DNA from: an uncultured Bacteroidales bacterium | GTDB taxonomy: Bacteria > Bacteroidota > Bacteroidia > Bacteroidales > ML635J-15 | DNA: 29,837 bases | Assembly (NCBI GenBank): GCA_964368115.1 | Contig: CAYJBL010000002.1 | Span: 10,949-40,785 of the forward strand | Direction: 5' to 3' | Shown here: in pieces, positions 18,234 to 29,645 of the stretch | Position numbering within the stretch: the first letter of the stretch is position 1 | How the letters are laid out: each line of letters opens with the position of its first letter | Notes under the pieces: generated by a model | Seen by the model: only the letters and a program-made list of their open reading frames with translations | What the model was told of the DNA's origin: nothing | Databases searched by the model: none | Program-made: the position numbers and the translations under genes

Positions 18234-18788
18234 ATGACAGAAGAAATAATTATAGCAGGATTCGGCGGTCAAGGAGTTCTTTCTATGGGAAAAATCTTAG
18301 CATACTCAGGTTTAATGCAAGGCCAAGAAGTATCTTGGATGCCTTCGTATGGCCCAGAAATGCGAGGAGGCACTTCAAATGTTACAACAATTATTAGTGA
18401 TGAACGTATTAGTTCTCCTATTTTAACACAATATGACACTACGATTATCCTAAATCAGCAATCTATGGATAAGTTTGAAGAAATGGTTAAACCAGGAGGA
18501 ACAATGTTGTATGATCCAAATGGAATAATCCGTCATCCAGAAAGAAAAGATATTAATATCTATAAAATCGATTCAACTAAATTGGCAACAGAAATGGGAA
18601 ATGCTAAAGTTACAAATATGGTTGTTTTAGGTGCATATCTTAAGATTAAACCAATTGTAAAGTTAGAAAATGTAATGAAAGGTTTAGCAAAATCAATACC
18701 AGCTAGAAACCATAAATTACTTCCACTAAACGAAGAAGCGATTAAATTGGGAATGAACTCAGTTGAGTTAGTTTCAGAGGCTAAGTAA
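18234..18788 (+). CDS. 2-oxoacid:ferredoxin oxidoreductase gamma subunit
   Basis: Motifs IIAGFGGQGV, PSYGPEMRGG, NMVVLGA and N.EAI..G. Confidence 0.92.
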   Translation: MTEEIIIAGFGGQGVLSMGKILAYSGLMQGQEVSWMPSYGPEMRGGTSNVTTIISDERISSPILTQYDTTIILNQQSMDKFEEMVKPGGTMLYDPNGIIRHPERKDINIYKIDSTKLATEMGNAKVTNMVVLGAYLKIKPIVKLENVMKGLAKSIPARNHKLLPLNEEAIKLGMNSVELVSEAK

Positions 18789-18809
18789 TAAAAACTTTTA
18801 GAAAAATAT

Positions 18810-18840
18810 AAAAGTCTATCTGTAAAGATAGGCTTTTTTT
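18810..18840 (+). terminator. Intrinsic terminator after the oxidoreductase operon
   Basis: aaaagtctatct-gtaa-agataggcttttttt forms a stem with a GNRA loop and U-tract. Confidence 0.85.
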
Positions 18841-18862
18841 ATGCAAAGAATCAAATATGCTA

Positions 18863-18891
18863 TTGAATTTAGCATTCTTTCGTTATTTTTG
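18863..18891 (+). promoter_or_regulatory. Bacteroidota housekeeping promoter for pckA
   Basis: TTG at 18863-18865, an 18-nt spacer, then TATTTTTG(C) at 18884-18891. Confidence 0.6.
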
Positions 18892-18957
18892 CCGTCCAAA
18901 TTTTTAATATTTGTGTTATAAAAAAGTGCCAGAATAATTATAGAAATATTTGCGATT

Positions 18958-20562
18958 ATGGAGAATTTAGATTTATCAAAATATGGGATTTTTAATGTTG
19001 TTGAAATTTCCCATAATCCAAGTTATGAAGAGCTTTTTCAAGATGAAATAAATGCTAATCAACGAGGATATGAACTAGGTAAACTAACGGAGTTAGATGC
19101 AGTAAATGTAATGACTGGAGTCTATACAGGTCGTTCAGCAAAAGATAAGTTCTTTGTATTGGATGATATTACTAGAGATAGTATTTGGTGGACTTCTGAC
19201 GAATATCCAAACGACAACAAATCTATTAGTCAGACATCTTGGAGTGTATTAAAGAATCTTGCAACAAAGCAGCTTTCAAATAAAAAACTGTATGTAATAG
19301 ATACATTTTGTGGGGCAAATGTGAATAGTCGAATAAAAGTGCGTTTTATAATGGAAGTCGCATGGCAGGCACATTTTGTAAAAAATATGTTTATTCGTCC
19401 AACGGAAGAGGAACTTATTAACTATGGAGAACCTGATTTTGTTACTCTTAATGCGTCAAAAGCTTGTGTGGAGAATTATGAGGAATTAGGGTTAAATTCA
19501 GAAACGGCAACAGTTTTTAACCTGACAGAAAAAATGCAAGTAATATTAAATACTTGGTATGGTGGAGAAATGAAAAAAGGAATGTTTTCCTATATGAATT
19601 ATTTACTTCCACTTAAAGGGATTGCTTCTATGCATTGTTCTGCAAATATTGGAGAAAAAGGGGATACAGCTATATTTTTCGGACTTTCGGGAACTGGAAA
19701 AACAACTTTATCGACCGATTCTAAGCGTCAACTAATTGGAGATGACGAGCATGGTTGGGATGATGAAGGGGTGTTTAATTTTGAAGGTGGGTGTTATGCT
19801 AAAGTAATAAACTTAAGTCAAGAAAACGAACCTGATATTTATAACGCAATTAAAAGAAATGCACTACTAGAAAATGTAACAGTTGATGACGACGGTAAAA
19901 TAGATTTTGATGATAGTTCGGTAACAGAAAATACAAGAGTTTCATATCCTATTGAGCATATAGAAAATATTGTTAAGCCAATTTCTAAAGGTGCACATGC
20001 AAATAAAGTAATTTTTTTAACAGCAGATGCTTATGGTGTATTACCACCTGTTTCTAAATTAAATTTTGAGCAAACCCAATATTATTTTTTAAGTGGGTTT
20101 ACAGCAAAATTAGCTGGAACTGAGCGAGGTATATCAGAGCCAACGCCAACATTTTCAGCTTGCTTTGGAGCAGCTTTCCTCTCCCTTCATCCTACAAAGT
20201 ATGGAGAAGAGTTGGTTAAACGTATGACTGCTTGTGGGGCAACAGCCTATTTAGTAAACACTGGATGGAATGGAGAGGGTAATAGAATTTCTATTAAAGA
20301 TACTCGTGCTATAATTGACGCAATTTTAGATAGCTCTATCGACGAGGTGGAAACAAATGTAATACCTATTTTTGGATTAGAAATTCCAAAAACCATTTTA
20401 AATGTAGATGCAAAAGTTTTAGATCCTCGTAATTCTTATACAAATGAAATATTGTGGAACGAAAAGGCTATAGATTTAGCTAATAAATTTATTGAGAATT
20501 TTAATAAATTTACTGGAAATGAACTTGGAAAATCGCTCGTTGCTGCTGGTCCTAAATTGTAG
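18958..20562 (+). CDS. pckA: Phosphoenolpyruvate carboxykinase (ATP)
   Basis: Motifs [27 protein letters not shown]-loop [32 protein letters not shown] and ENTRVSYP. Confidence 0.97.
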   Translation: MENLDLSKYGIFNVVEISHNPSYEELFQDEINANQRGYELGKLTELDAVNVMTGVYTGRSAKDKFFVLDDITRDSIWWTSDEYPNDNKSISQTSWSVLKNLATKQLSNKKLYVIDTFCGANVNSRIKVRFIMEVAWQAHFVKNMFIRPTEEELINYGEPDFVTLNASKACVENYEELGLNSETATVFNLTEKMQVILNTWYGGEMKKGMFSYMNYLLPLKGIASMHCSANIGEKGDTAIFFGLSGTGKTTLSTDSKRQLIGDDEHGWDDEGVFNFEGGCYAKVINLSQENEPDIYNAIKRNALLENVTVDDDGKIDFDDSSVTENTRVSYPIEHIENIVKPISKGAHANKVIFLTADAYGVLPPVSKLNFEQTQYYFLSGFTAKLAGTERGISEPTPTFSACFGAAFLSLHPTKYGEELVKRMTACGATAYLVNTGWNGEGNRISIKDTRAIIDAILDSSIDEVETNVIPIFGLEIPKTILNVDAKVLDPRNSYTNEILWNEKAIDLANKFIENFNKFTGNELGKSLVAAGPKL

Positions 20563-20837
20563 TGTCAGAAATTAAAAAGAATTATTATTATTTCTGTCAT
20601 ATTTGATTGCAATATGTATCCATTTTCTAATTGAAGTAAAAAATCAATTTCGGTACGATTGTTTGATGTCCAATGTCGGAGTATTTAGAATAATATTTTG
20701 TTGGTAAATACGCCGTTTTTTGAAGTAGTCATTTGCTTAATAATTAGTGTTTATATGACATTTCTTTTTGTGCATGCGTTTTTAATTTTGAAATTAATAT
20801 CGAAAAAATAGAGTTATATTTGCTGAAAAAAAAGAAA

Positions 20838-21755
20838 ATGAAACATTTTAGTGTATTATTGATATTCGTAATTTTATTTACAAATACATATTCAATCAAA
20901 CCCAATCGAGAATATATACGTAAGCCAGAGAATCTTGGATTGATGTATAAAGAACTTGAAGTTACAACTAAGGATGCTTATGATATTGCAACTTGGTTTT
21001 TCCCAACGCAAGAATTTCTTAGTGACGAGGAATTTAGTAAATTACAAATGAGTGGTGCAAAAAGAGAATATAAACCATTGTATAAAAAACCGAAACCAAC
21101 AATTATTATTTGCAATGGCGACGCAGGCAATATGTCTTACTTCCAATTACATTTGGCAGAAATTTTAACCACAAAAGGATTTAATGTTGTAACTTTTGAT
21201 TGGCGTGGTTTTGGCGAAAGCTCACCATTTGAAATGGATAATAATTATTTTTGCTACACAGAAATGTTAGAGGATTACAGAGCAGTAATTGATGTTGTAG
21301 CAAAGCAAAAAGAGGTAGATAAAAAATCAATAGTAGTAATGGGATGGTCAACGGGTGCATTTTTATCGATGATTACAGCATATAATAACGATAAAGTTAG
21401 TGCTTTTATAGGAAGATCAATACCAACATCTTTCGAGGATGTTATTCCTTTGATTATGGAGAAAAGAAATAAAACCGTAGATCAGATAATTGTTCCAGAA
21501 GATTTTCCAAAAACAGAAATGCCAATATTTATTGCGCCAAATTTTAATAAGCCAGTGTTTTTGATAAACGGAGAAGAAGATTTTCGAACTCCCGTTTGGA
21601 TGAGTGAAAAAATATTAGCAGAAATGCCAAAGAATATTCCAACCGAACTAATGGTTGTAAGAGGAGCAGCGCACGGGGGGAAAGAAGATCCAATAATGCT
21701 CGCTTTTGACGAATTTATCGAACGAGTTACAGATTTTTTAAATAAAGCACTTTAG
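20838..21755 (+). CDS. Secreted alpha/beta-fold hydrolase
   Basis: Signal peptide MKHFSVLLIFVILFTNTYS. Motifs GDAGNM, FDWRGFGES, nucleophile elbow GWSTG, GEED..TP (Asp) and GAAHGG (His). A TAATTTTG -7 candidate lies at 20783-20790. Confidence 0.85.
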   Translation: MKHFSVLLIFVILFTNTYSIKPNREYIRKPENLGLMYKELEVTTKDAYDIATWFFPTQEFLSDEEFSKLQMSGAKREYKPLYKKPKPTIIICNGDAGNMSYFQLHLAEILTTKGFNVVTFDWRGFGESSPFEMDNNYFCYTEMLEDYRAVIDVVAKQKEVDKKSIVVMGWSTGAFLSMITAYNNDKVSAFIGRSIPTSFEDVIPLIMEKRNKTVDQIIVPEDFPKTEMPIFIAPNFNKPVFLINGEEDFRTPVWMSEKILAEMPKNIPTELMVVRGAAHGGKEDPIMLAFDEFIERVTDFLNKAL

Positions 21756-21921
21756 TAAATTATTATTTTTATGAAAACCTAGTTAGAATATTTATATTAT
21801 TAATGAGGTATATTATATCAATAACCGAACAAGATAAAACTTTTTGATATAGGATTTTGATTTATTAACATGCCTAAAAAGCATTGAAAATAAAAATTTT
21901 AAAAAAAAAATATCGTATGTG

Positions 21922-21951
21922 TTGTTAATAAAAAAAAATAATCTACCTTTG
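21922..21951 (+). promoter_or_regulatory. Promoter of the str/S10 ribosomal protein cluster
   Basis: TTG at 21922-21924, a 19-nt spacer, then TACCTTTG(CA) at 21944-21951, 47 nt upstream of the rpsL ATG. Confidence 0.75.
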
Positions 21952-21998
21952 CAGTCCGAAAAATTATTAAGTCGAAATTAAAAATTTATTAAGGTTTT

Positions 21999-22379
21999 AT
22001 GCCAACAATACAACAATTAGTAAGAAAAGGGAGACGTGTAACTATTGATAAAAGCAAATCTCCATCATTAGATTCATGCCCTCAACGTAGAGGTGTATGC
22101 ACGAGAGTTTATACAACAACTCCAAAAAAGCCAAATTCTGCGATGAGAAAAGTGGCTAGGGTAAGATTGACAAATGGAAAAGAAGTTAATGCTTATATTC
22201 CAGGAGAAGGTCATAACTTGCAAGAACACTCTATAGTATTAGTTAGAGGCGGTAGAGTAAAAGACTTACCAGGGGTAAGATATCACATTGTGAGAGGAGC
22301 TTTAGATACAGCTGGAGTTGATGGTCGTACACAAAGACGATCAAAATATGGAGCAAAGAGACCAAAACAGAAAAAGTAA
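21999..22379 (+). CDS. rpsL: 30S ribosomal protein S12
   Basis: [12 protein letters not shown]...[10 protein letters not shown]...[10 protein letters not shown]. Confidence 0.99.
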   Translation: MPTIQQLVRKGRRVTIDKSKSPSLDSCPQRRGVCTRVYTTTPKKPNSAMRKVARVRLTNGKEVNAYIPGEGHNLQEHSIVLVRGGRVKDLPGVRYHIVRGALDTAGVDGRTQRRSKYGAKRPKQKK

Positions 22380-22406
22380 TATTTTTTAATAATATAGTAT
22401 AAAACG

Positions 22407-22883
22407 ATGAGAAAATCGAAACCAAAGAAGAGAACGATTTTACCAGATCCAAAATTTAACGATTCTAGAGTAACAAGATTCGTAAATGATATGATGTTAG
22501 ATGGTAAGAAATCTATTTCATTCAAAATATTCTATGACACAATGGATCTAATCGAGAAAAAAATGAAAGACTCGGAAGAAACACCATTAGATATATGGAG
22601 AAAAGCGTTAGATAATATCACACCTTCTGTAGAGGTGAAAAGCCGTAGAATTGGAGGAGCTACTTTCCAAGTTCCAATGGAAATTCGTGCTGATAGAAAA
22701 ATCTCTGTAAGTCATAAATGGATGTTAAGTTTTGCAAGAAAACGTAGTGGACGTTCGATGGCAGAAAAATTAGCAGCAGAAATATTAGCAGCATATAATT
22801 CTGAAGGTGGAGCTTACAAAAAGAAAGAAGACACTCACCGTATGGCAGAAGCAAATAAAGCATTCTCACATTTTAGATTCTAA
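22407..22883 (+). CDS. rpsG: 30S ribosomal protein S7
   Basis: LPDPKF...[15 protein letters not shown]...[15 protein letters not shown]. Confidence 0.99.
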   Translation: MRKSKPKKRTILPDPKFNDSRVTRFVNDMMLDGKKSISFKIFYDTMDLIEKKMKDSEETPLDIWRKALDNITPSVEVKSRRIGGATFQVPMEIRADRKISVSHKWMLSFARKRSGRSMAEKLAAEILAAYNSEGGAYKKKEDTHRMAEANKAFSHFRF

Positions 22884-22891
22884 TATTTGAA

Positions 22892-24997
22892 ATGACACAA
22901 AATCTTGTAAATACTCGAAATATAGGCATAATGGCTCATATCGATGCAGGTAAAACTACAACGACGGAGCGCATTTTGTATTATACTGGAGTTAATTATA
23001 AGATAGGAGAAGTGCATGAGGGGACAGCAACAATGGACTGGATGCAGCAGGAGCAAGAAAGAGGTATTACAATCACTTCTGCTGCAACAACTACATTTTG
23101 GGAATCAAAAGAAGATAATTACAAAATTAACATTATAGATACTCCAGGTCATGTTGACTTTACTGTTGAAGTAGAGAGATCATTGAGAATTCTTGATGGT
23201 GCAGTTGCTGTTTTTTGTGCAGTTGGTGGTGTTGAACCTCAAAGTGAAACAGTTTGGCATCAAGCTAATAGATATAATGTGCCTCGCTTAGCATTTGTGA
23301 ATAAGATGGATAGGCAAGGGGCGAATTTTCAAGCTGTAATTAACCAAATAGAAGATAAACTTGGAGCTAAACCATTGCCAATTCAATTGCCGATAGGTGA
23401 AGAAGATAAATTCATTGGAATTGTTGACCTGATTCAAGAAAAAGCAATAATATGGGATGACGAAGATGATACTTTAGGATTAAAGTATAAAATAGTAGAA
23501 ATTCCAGCAGAAATGAAGCAAGAAGTGTTTGAGTATCGAGAAAAACTGATAGAATCAGTAATTGAAGGAGATGATCAAATGCTTGAGAGATTCTTCGAGG
23601 ATAGAACTCAAATATCAATAGACGAATTTAAGAAATTATTGCGACAGTCTGTTTTACAAGGGAAATTTGTGCCAGTATTATGCGGTTCAGCATTTAGAAA
23701 CAAAGGAATACAGCCATTGTTAGACGCAGTATGTGACTACCTACCTTCTCCGGTTGATGTAGACGCAATAAGCGGAACGCACCCTAAAACCGATGACTTA
23801 ATATCAATATATCCTGATAAAGATAAAGAGCTAGTTGCACTATGTTTTAAAATAGCAGCAAGTTCATTTGTTGGGAAATTAGCATACTTGAGAGTTTACA
23901 GTGGTACAATTTCTACAGGACAAATGATATATAATGCAAGAACAGGAAAGAAAGAGAGGATTACTCGAATTTTCCAAATGCATTCAAATAAACAGACGCA
24001 AATAGAATCAATTGAGGCAGGCGACATTTGTGCGGTAGTTGGTTTAAAAGAGATTATTACTGGAGATACGTTGTGTGATGAGAAGAATCAAGTAATACTT
24101 GATAACATGCAATTCCCAGAACCTGTTATTTCAATAGCTGTAGAAGCACAATCGCAGGCAGATATTGAAAAATTGAATAATGCATTGTCAAAGTTAGCAG
24201 AAGAAGATCCTACATTTCAAATAAGATATGATGAAACTTCGGGACAGACTTTGATAAGCGGAATGGGAGAATTACATCTCGAAATAATTGTTGATAGATT
24301 GGTGCGAGAATTTGGTTTAAAAATAAATCAAGGTAAGCAACAAGTTAATTATAAAGAAGAATTTCAGAATACAATATCTCATAGACTTGTATTCAAGAAA
24401 CAAACTGGAGGAAAAGGAAGATTTGCTGATATTACAGTAAATATTGGATGTACTGATGAAACAGATTTAGTTGGTTTAAAATTTGTGAACAGTATCTCAG
24501 GAAATAAAATCCCAAAGGAGTATATACCTTATATAGAAAAGGGATTTAAAGAAGCGATGCAAAACGGTCCGTTAGCAGGGTATCCTATTCAAAATATGAG
24601 CGTTGAACTGATAGATGGTTCTTATCATAATGTAGATAGTGATGACTTAGCATTCCAGATTGCAGCAGGGATATGTTTTAAAGAGGCATCCAAAAAACTG
24701 AAAACATCATTGTTGGAACCAGTAATGAAGTTGGAAATTATGACACCAGAAGAATATTTAGGTGATATTAGTGCCGACTTAAATAGGCGAAGAGCAACAA
24801 TTGAAGGAATGGACTCAAAAGGTGTTTATCGAATATTAAGAGCTAAAGTTCCTTTATCAGAACAGTTTGGATATATTACAGCTCTGAGAACATTAAGTTC
24901 TGGAAGAGCATTGTATAACATGGAATTTTCGCATTATGCACAAGTTCCATCAAATATACAAGAAGAGTTGATGAATAATAGAAAATTTATTTTTTAA
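22892..24997 (+). CDS. fusA: Elongation factor G
   Basis: Motifs [52 protein letters not shown] and GSYH.VDS; position in the str operon. Confidence 0.97.
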   Translation: MTQNLVNTRNIGIMAHIDAGKTTTTERILYYTGVNYKIGEVHEGTATMDWMQQEQERGITITSAATTTFWESKEDNYKINIIDTPGHVDFTVEVERSLRILDGAVAVFCAVGGVEPQSETVWHQANRYNVPRLAFVNKMDRQGANFQAVINQIEDKLGAKPLPIQLPIGEEDKFIGIVDLIQEKAIIWDDEDDTLGLKYKIVEIPAEMKQEVFEYREKLIESVIEGDDQMLERFFEDRTQISIDEFKKLLRQSVLQGKFVPVLCGSAFRNKGIQPLLDAVCDYLPSPVDVDAISGTHPKTDDLISIYPDKDKELVALCFKIAASSFVGKLAYLRVYSGTISTGQMIYNARTGKKERITRIFQMHSNKQTQIESIEAGDICAVVGLKEIITGDTLCDEKNQVILDNMQFPEPVISIAVEAQSQADIEKLNNALSKLAEEDPTFQIRYDETSGQTLISGMGELHLEIIVDRLVREFGLKINQGKQQVNYKEEFQNTISHRLVFKKQTGGKGRFADITVNIGCTDETDLVGLKFVNSISGNKIPKEYIPYIEKGFKEAMQNGPLAGYPIQNMSVELIDGSYHNVDSDDLAFQIAAGICFKEASKKLKTSLLEPVMKLEIMTPEEYLGDISADLNRRRATIEGMDSKGVYRILRAKVPLSEQFGYITALRTLSSGRALYNMEFSHYAQVPSNIQEELMNNRKFIF

Positions 24998-25016
24998 TAA
25001 TAGTAGTAAAATTGAT

Positions 25017-25325
25017 ATGAATCAAAAAATTAGAATTAAGCTGAAATCTTACGATCACAATCTTGTTGATAAATCAGCAGAGAAGATTCTGAAGACAGTA
25101 AAAGCTACAGGTGCAGTAGTAAGAGGACCTATTCCTTTGCCTACGCATAAACGTATCTTTACAGTTAACCGTTCTACGTTTGTTAATAAAAAATCAAGAG
25201 AGCAGTTCGAATTAAGTTCGTACAAACGCTTACTTGATATTTATAGTACAACATCAAAAACGATTGACGCGTTGATGAAATTGGAACTTCCAAGTGGTGT
25301 AGATGTAGAAATTAAAGCAAGTTAA
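25017..25325 (+). CDS. rpsJ: 30S ribosomal protein S10
   Basis: [11 protein letters not shown]...GPIPLPT...KSREQFE. Confidence 0.99.
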   Translation: MNQKIRIKLKSYDHNLVDKSAEKILKTVKATGAVVRGPIPLPTHKRIFTVNRSTFVNKKSREQFELSSYKRLLDIYSTTSKTIDALMKLELPSGVDVEIKAS

Positions 25326-25345
25326 AAATTTAAAAGAAAACAAAA

Positions 25346-25987
25346 ATGCAAGGAATTATTGGTAAAAAAGTAGGTATGACTTCCATTTATAGTGTTGAGG
25401 GGAAAAACATTCCATGCACTGTAATAGAGGCAGGACCTTGCGTTGTAACACAAATTAGAACTATTGAAAAAGATGGTTACGACGCAGTCCAAATAGCTTT
25501 TGATGAAAAAAAGGAAAAGCATACAACCAAAGCAATGAAAGGTCATTTTGACAAAGCAAAAACAACTCCGAAACGTAAATTAGTAGAATTTAAAGATTAC
25601 GGAAAAGTTAGAAAAGGAGATGACTTCGTTGATGTACAAGTAGGAGATACAATTACAGTTGATATCTTTAATGAAGGTGAGTGGTGTGATGTTACAGGAA
25701 CCTCAAAAGGTAAAGGTTTCCAAGGTGTAGTAAAACGTCATGGATTTGCCGGAGTGAATGATCAAACTCATGGACAGCACAATAGATTACGTGCTCCAGG
25801 TTCGTTAGGTGCATCGTCGTGGCCATCAAGAGTATTCAAAGGAATGCGTATGGCTGGTCGCATGGGTGGCGATAGAGTTAAAATGGAAAGTTTGAGAGTG
25901 TTAAAAGTTATTCCAGAGAGCAACCTAGTATTAGTAAAAGGTTCTGTTCCTGGAGCTAAAGGTTCATATGTAATAATAGAAAGATAA
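25346..25987 (+). CDS. rplC: 50S ribosomal protein L3
   Basis: GKKVGMT...[13 protein letters not shown]...[15 protein letters not shown]. Confidence 0.99.
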   Translation: MQGIIGKKVGMTSIYSVEGKNIPCTVIEAGPCVVTQIRTIEKDGYDAVQIAFDEKKEKHTTKAMKGHFDKAKTTPKRKLVEFKDYGKVRKGDDFVDVQVGDTITVDIFNEGEWCDVTGTSKGKGFQGVVKRHGFAGVNDQTHGQHNRLRAPGSLGASSWPSRVFKGMRMAGRMGGDRVKMESLRVLKVIPESNLVLVKGSVPGAKGSYVIIER

Positions 25988-26613
25988 TGAAAGTTTCAGT
26001 ATATAATCAAGCAGGTGTAGATACCGGAAAACAAATAGAACTGAATGATTCTATTTTCGCGATTGAACCTAATGATCACGCAATATACCTTGACTGTAAA
26101 CAGTATATGGCAAATAATCGCCAAGGTACCCATGCGTCAAAAGATCGTAGTTTAGTTGCAGGGAGCACTAGAAAGATAAAAAAGCAAAAAGGCACAGGTA
26201 CTGCTAGAGCAGGAAGTATAAAAAATCCATTATTTAGAGGTGGAGGTAGAGTTTTTGGACCAGAGCCAAGAGATTATCATTTTAAATTAAATAAAAAACT
26301 AAAACGAGTAGCTCGTAAATCAGCATTGACATATAGAGCTAAAGATAATTGTATCTTTGTCGTTGATAACATTAACTTTGAAGAGATAAAAACAAAGAAT
26401 ATCGTTAATTTAAAACAAAATTTTAAATTAAATGATAAAAAAATGTTATTAGTTGTTGCAGAAACAAATAAAAATGTATATTTGTCTTCTCGAAATTTAA
26501 AAGATGTAAATGTTATAACTGCCGATCAATTAAGCACTTATGATGTTATGTGGGCTTCTGTTTTAATAGTAGATGAGAGGTCAATTGGCGTTTTTGAGAA
26601 TAATTTAATTTAA
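25987..26613 (+). CDS. rplD: 50S ribosomal protein L4
   Basis: RQGTH...KQKGTGTARAGS...RGGGRVFGP; overlaps the rplC stop (TAATG). Confidence 0.99.
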   Translation: MKVSVYNQAGVDTGKQIELNDSIFAIEPNDHAIYLDCKQYMANNRQGTHASKDRSLVAGSTRKIKKQKGTGTARAGSIKNPLFRGGGRVFGPEPRDYHFKLNKKLKRVARKSALTYRAKDNCIFVVDNINFEEIKTKNIVNLKQNFKLNDKKMLLVVAETNKNVYLSSRNLKDVNVITADQLSTYDVMWASVLIVDERSIGVFENNLI

Positions 26614-26626
26614 AAAGGCGAAGAAC

Positions 26627-26917
26627 ATGGATATTTTAGTAAGACCAATAATAACTGAAAAGATGACGAGTTTAGGTGAAAAACTAAATCGTTACGGTTT
26701 TATTGTAAATAAGCAAGCAGATAAATTGCAAATAAAAAATGCGATAGAAAAATTGTATGAAGTTAATGTTATAGCAGTTAACACTATGCGTTATGGTGGA
26801 AAAACAAAAACTCGTTATACAAAAACTGGAGTACAAAGAGGAAAAACAGTATCTTTCAAAAAAGCAGTAATAACACTAGCAGAGGGAGAAGTAATAGATT
26901 TTTATAGCAATATATAA
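26627..26917 (+). CDS. rplW: 50S ribosomal protein L23
   Basis: RPIITEK...K.QIKNAIEK...KKAVITL. Confidence 0.98.
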   Translation: MDILVRPIITEKMTSLGEKLNRYGFIVNKQADKLQIKNAIEKLYEVNVIAVNTMRYGGKTKTRYTKTGVQRGKTVSFKKAVITLAEGEVIDFYSNI

Positions 26918-26934
26918 TAGAAGTATAATAGAAG

Positions 26935-27759
26935 ATGGCTTTAAGAAAATTAAATCCGATAACACCGGGTCAAAGATTCAAAATAATTAGTGCATTTGAC
27001 GAGATCACATGCTCTACTCCAGAGAAATCTTTGTTGGTACCGATAAAAAAATCCGGTGGAAGAAACAATCAGGGAAAAATGACTATGCGCTATATTGGTG
27101 GTGGTCATAAAAGAAAATATAGACTGATTGATTTCAAGAGAGATAGAGATGGCATGAAAGCAACGGTTAAAACGATCGAATATGATCCAAATCGTTCGGC
27201 GCGCATTGCATTGGTAATTTATGAAGATGGACAAAAAAGATATATAATTGCTCCAAACGGTTTGCAAGTAGGACAAATTATAGAATCTGGTAAAGGTGTT
27301 GCTCCTGAAATGGGTAATACATTATTTTTGTCAGATATTCCATTGGGAACAGTTGTTCACAACATTGAATTAAGACCAGGACAGGGTGCTGTAATCGCTA
27401 GAAGTGCAGGAACATATGCACAATTAGTGTCAAGAGAAGGGAAATATGCTATATTGAAGATGCCTTCAGGAGAAACAAGAAAAATCTTGATTACTTGTAA
27501 AGCAACAATAGGTAGTGTTTCAAACTCTGATCATGCACTAGAGAAAAGTGGTAAAGCAGGAAGAAGCAGATGGCAAGGTAGACGTCCAAGAGTTAGGGGT
27601 GTTGTAATGAATCCTGTTGATCATCCAATGGGTGGTGGAGAAGGTCGTTCTACGGGAGGACATCCACGTTCAAGGAAAGGCTTATTGGCTAAGGGTTATA
27701 AAACTCGTAGTAAGAAGAAGCATTCTAATAAGTATATTATCGAAAGTAGGAAAAAGTAA
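26935..27759 (+). CDS. rplB: 50S ribosomal protein L2
   Basis: GGRNNQG...EYDPNRSA...[17 protein letters not shown]. Confidence 0.99.
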   Translation: MALRKLNPITPGQRFKIISAFDEITCSTPEKSLLVPIKKSGGRNNQGKMTMRYIGGGHKRKYRLIDFKRDRDGMKATVKTIEYDPNRSARIALVIYEDGQKRYIIAPNGLQVGQIIESGKGVAPEMGNTLFLSDIPLGTVVHNIELRPGQGAVIARSAGTYAQLVSREGKYAILKMPSGETRKILITCKATIGSVSNSDHALEKSGKAGRSRWQGRRPRVRGVVMNPVDHPMGGGEGRSTGGHPRSRKGLLAKGYKTRSKKKHSNKYIIESRKK

Positions 27760-27769
27760 ATAGTGAATT

Positions 27770-28039
27770 ATGAGCAGATCACTTAAAAAAGGACCATTTA
27801 TTGACTTCAAATTAGAGAAGAAAGTAAACGTGATGGAAGCAAGCGGTAAGAAAATAGCAATAAAAACATGGGCAAGAGCTTCGGTGATTCCACCAGAATT
27901 TGTTGGTCATACATTTGCTGTTCACAACGGGAATAAATTTATGCCAGTATATGTAACAGAAAATATGGTTGGGCATAAGTTGGGCGAGTTTGCACCAACA
28001 AGAACTTATAGAGGTCATGGTGGTAAGAAGAATAAATAA
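27770..28039 (+). CDS. rpsS: 30S ribosomal protein S19
   Basis: [10 protein letters not shown]...HNG...[13 protein letters not shown]. Confidence 0.99.
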   Translation: MSRSLKKGPFIDFKLEKKVNVMEASGKKIAIKTWARASVIPPEFVGHTFAVHNGNKFMPVYVTENMVGHKLGEFAPTRTYRGHGGKKNK

Positions 28040-28050
28040 TAATTAGTATT

Positions 28051-28473
28051 ATGGGCGCACGTAAAAGAATAAGAGCAAATCAAATAAAAGAAGGAAGAAA
28101 GCAAAAAAGCTATGCCATTCTCAGAAACTGTCCTAGTTCTCCTGTAAAAATGAGACTAGTAGCAGATTTAATAAGAGGCGTTGAAGTTGACAGAGCTTTA
28201 GATATTCTTAAATACTCTTCGAAGGTAGCATCACGAGATATAGAAAAACTTTTATTGTCAGCAATTTCAAACTGGCAAGCAAAAAATGAAAGTTTAAGAA
28301 TGGAAGATGCAAATTTATTTGTAAGTGAGATATACGTAGATTCGGCAAGAGCGTTAAAAAGAATTAAGCCAGCTCCACAAGGGAGAGCTTATAGAGTAAG
28401 AAAACGTTCAAATCACGTTACCTTAGTGGTAGATAGTAAAAATAAAATTGAAATTGTTAACGAAAACGCATAA
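28051..28473 (+). CDS. rplV: 50S ribosomal protein L22
   Basis: [14 protein letters not shown]...[18 protein letters not shown], with the Bacteroidota-type N-terminal extension. Confidence 0.98.
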   Translation: MGARKRIRANQIKEGRKQKSYAILRNCPSSPVKMRLVADLIRGVEVDRALDILKYSSKVASRDIEKLLLSAISNWQAKNESLRMEDANLFVSEIYVDSARALKRIKPAPQGRAYRVRKRSNHVTLVVDSKNKIEIVNENA

Positions 28474-28478
28474 TATAC

Positions 28479-29189
28479 ATGGGACAAAAATGTAATCCAA
28501 TAAGCAATAGATTAGGTGTTATCAAGGGATGGGACTCTAATTGGTATGGCGGAAAAAAATATGCAGAAAAACTTGCCGAAGATGCAGACATTCGTAAATA
28601 TCTTAAAGCACGTTTAGATAAAGCAAGTGTATCGAAAATAATCATCGAGAGATCATTAAAAATGATTACAATTACAATTAATACTGCAAGACCAGGTTTT
28701 GTAATTGGAAAAGGCGGAGATGAAGTAGATAAACTTCGTGAAGAATTAAAGAAAATAACAAATAAAGATGTTCAAATAAATATATTTGAAATCAAACGAC
28801 CAGAGCTTGAAGCTGAATTAGTAGCTGCTAATGTAGCACGTCAGATAGAAGGGAAAATTGCATACCGTAGAGCCGTGAAAATGGCCATTGCCTCAACAAT
28901 GCGAATGGGAGCAGAAGGAATTAAAATTCAGGTTTCTGGAAGATTAAATGGAGCTGAAATGGCAAGGTCTGAAATGTATAAAGAAGGAAGAACGCCTTTA
29001 CATACATTAAGAGCAGACATTGACTATGCATTAGTAGAGGCTTTAACAAAAACAGGGTTGCTAGGAGTTAAAGTTTGGATTTGCAGAGGCGAAGTTTATG
29101 GAAAAAGAGACTTGTCTCCAAGCCTTGGAAAAAAAGTTCAAGGAAGAGGAAATCAAAGTCACCAAGGGAGTAGAAAAAGAAGGAAATAA
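28479..29189 (+). CDS. rpsC: 30S ribosomal protein S3
   Basis: MGQK.NP...TARPG.VIGKGG...[11 protein letters not shown]...[11 protein letters not shown]. Confidence 0.99.
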   Translation: MGQKCNPISNRLGVIKGWDSNWYGGKKYAEKLAEDADIRKYLKARLDKASVSKIIIERSLKMITITINTARPGFVIGKGGDEVDKLREELKKITNKDVQINIFEIKRPELEAELVAANVARQIEGKIAYRRAVKMAIASTMRMGAEGIKIQVSGRLNGAEMARSEMYKEGRTPLHTLRADIDYALVEALTKTGLLGVKVWICRGEVYGKRDLSPSLGKKVQGRGNQSHQGSRKRRK

Positions 29190-29207
29190 ATCTGAAAATT
29201 TAGAGCT

Positions 29208-29633
29208 ATGTTACAGCCAAGAAAAACAAAATTCAGAAGACAGCAGAAGGGAAGAATAAAAGGAAATTCACAACGTGGAAATCAAATTGCTTTCGGTTCT
29301 TTTGGAATAAAATCGTTAGAAACAACGTGGTTGACGGGAAGACAAATTGAGGCTGCTCGTATTGCAGTTACAAGAAAAATGCAGCGTCAAGGGCAAATTT
29401 GGATTAGAGTATTTCCAGATAAGCCAATAACAAAGAAACCTGCAGAGGTTCGTATGGGTAAAGGTAAAGGTGCTCCAGAAGGTTTTGTAGCTAGAATTGC
29501 ACCAGGGAGAATGATATTTGAAACAGAAGGAATACCATATGAATTAGCAAAAGAAGCTTTGAGATTAGCAGCTCAAAAACTTCCAGTGAAAACAAAATTT
29601 GTGGTACGTCACGATTATGATTTTAACGAGTAA
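29208..29633 (+). CDS. rplP: 50S ribosomal protein L16
   Basis: [10 protein letters not shown]...QIEAARIA...[20 protein letters not shown]. Confidence 0.99.
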   Translation: MLQPRKTKFRRQQKGRIKGNSQRGNQIAFGSFGIKSLETTWLTGRQIEAARIAVTRKMQRQGQIWIRVFPDKPITKKPAEVRMGKGKGAPEGFVARIAPGRMIFETEGIPYELAKEALRLAAQKLPVKTKFVVRHDYDFNE

Positions 29634-29645
29634 TATTGTTTAAAG

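Noticed and set aside
21901..21938. A10 and A9 homopolymers at the rpsL promoter as a phase-variation switch
   Set aside because: Poly-A runs are common in these AT-rich intergenic regions, and on/off switching of an essential ribosomal operon is implausible.
22110..22275. Streptomycin-resistance substitutions in S12
   Set aside because: PKKPNSA and RVKDLPG are the wild-type motifs.
24998..25016. No tuf between fusA and rpsJ
   Set aside because: This is the normal Bacteroidota gene order.
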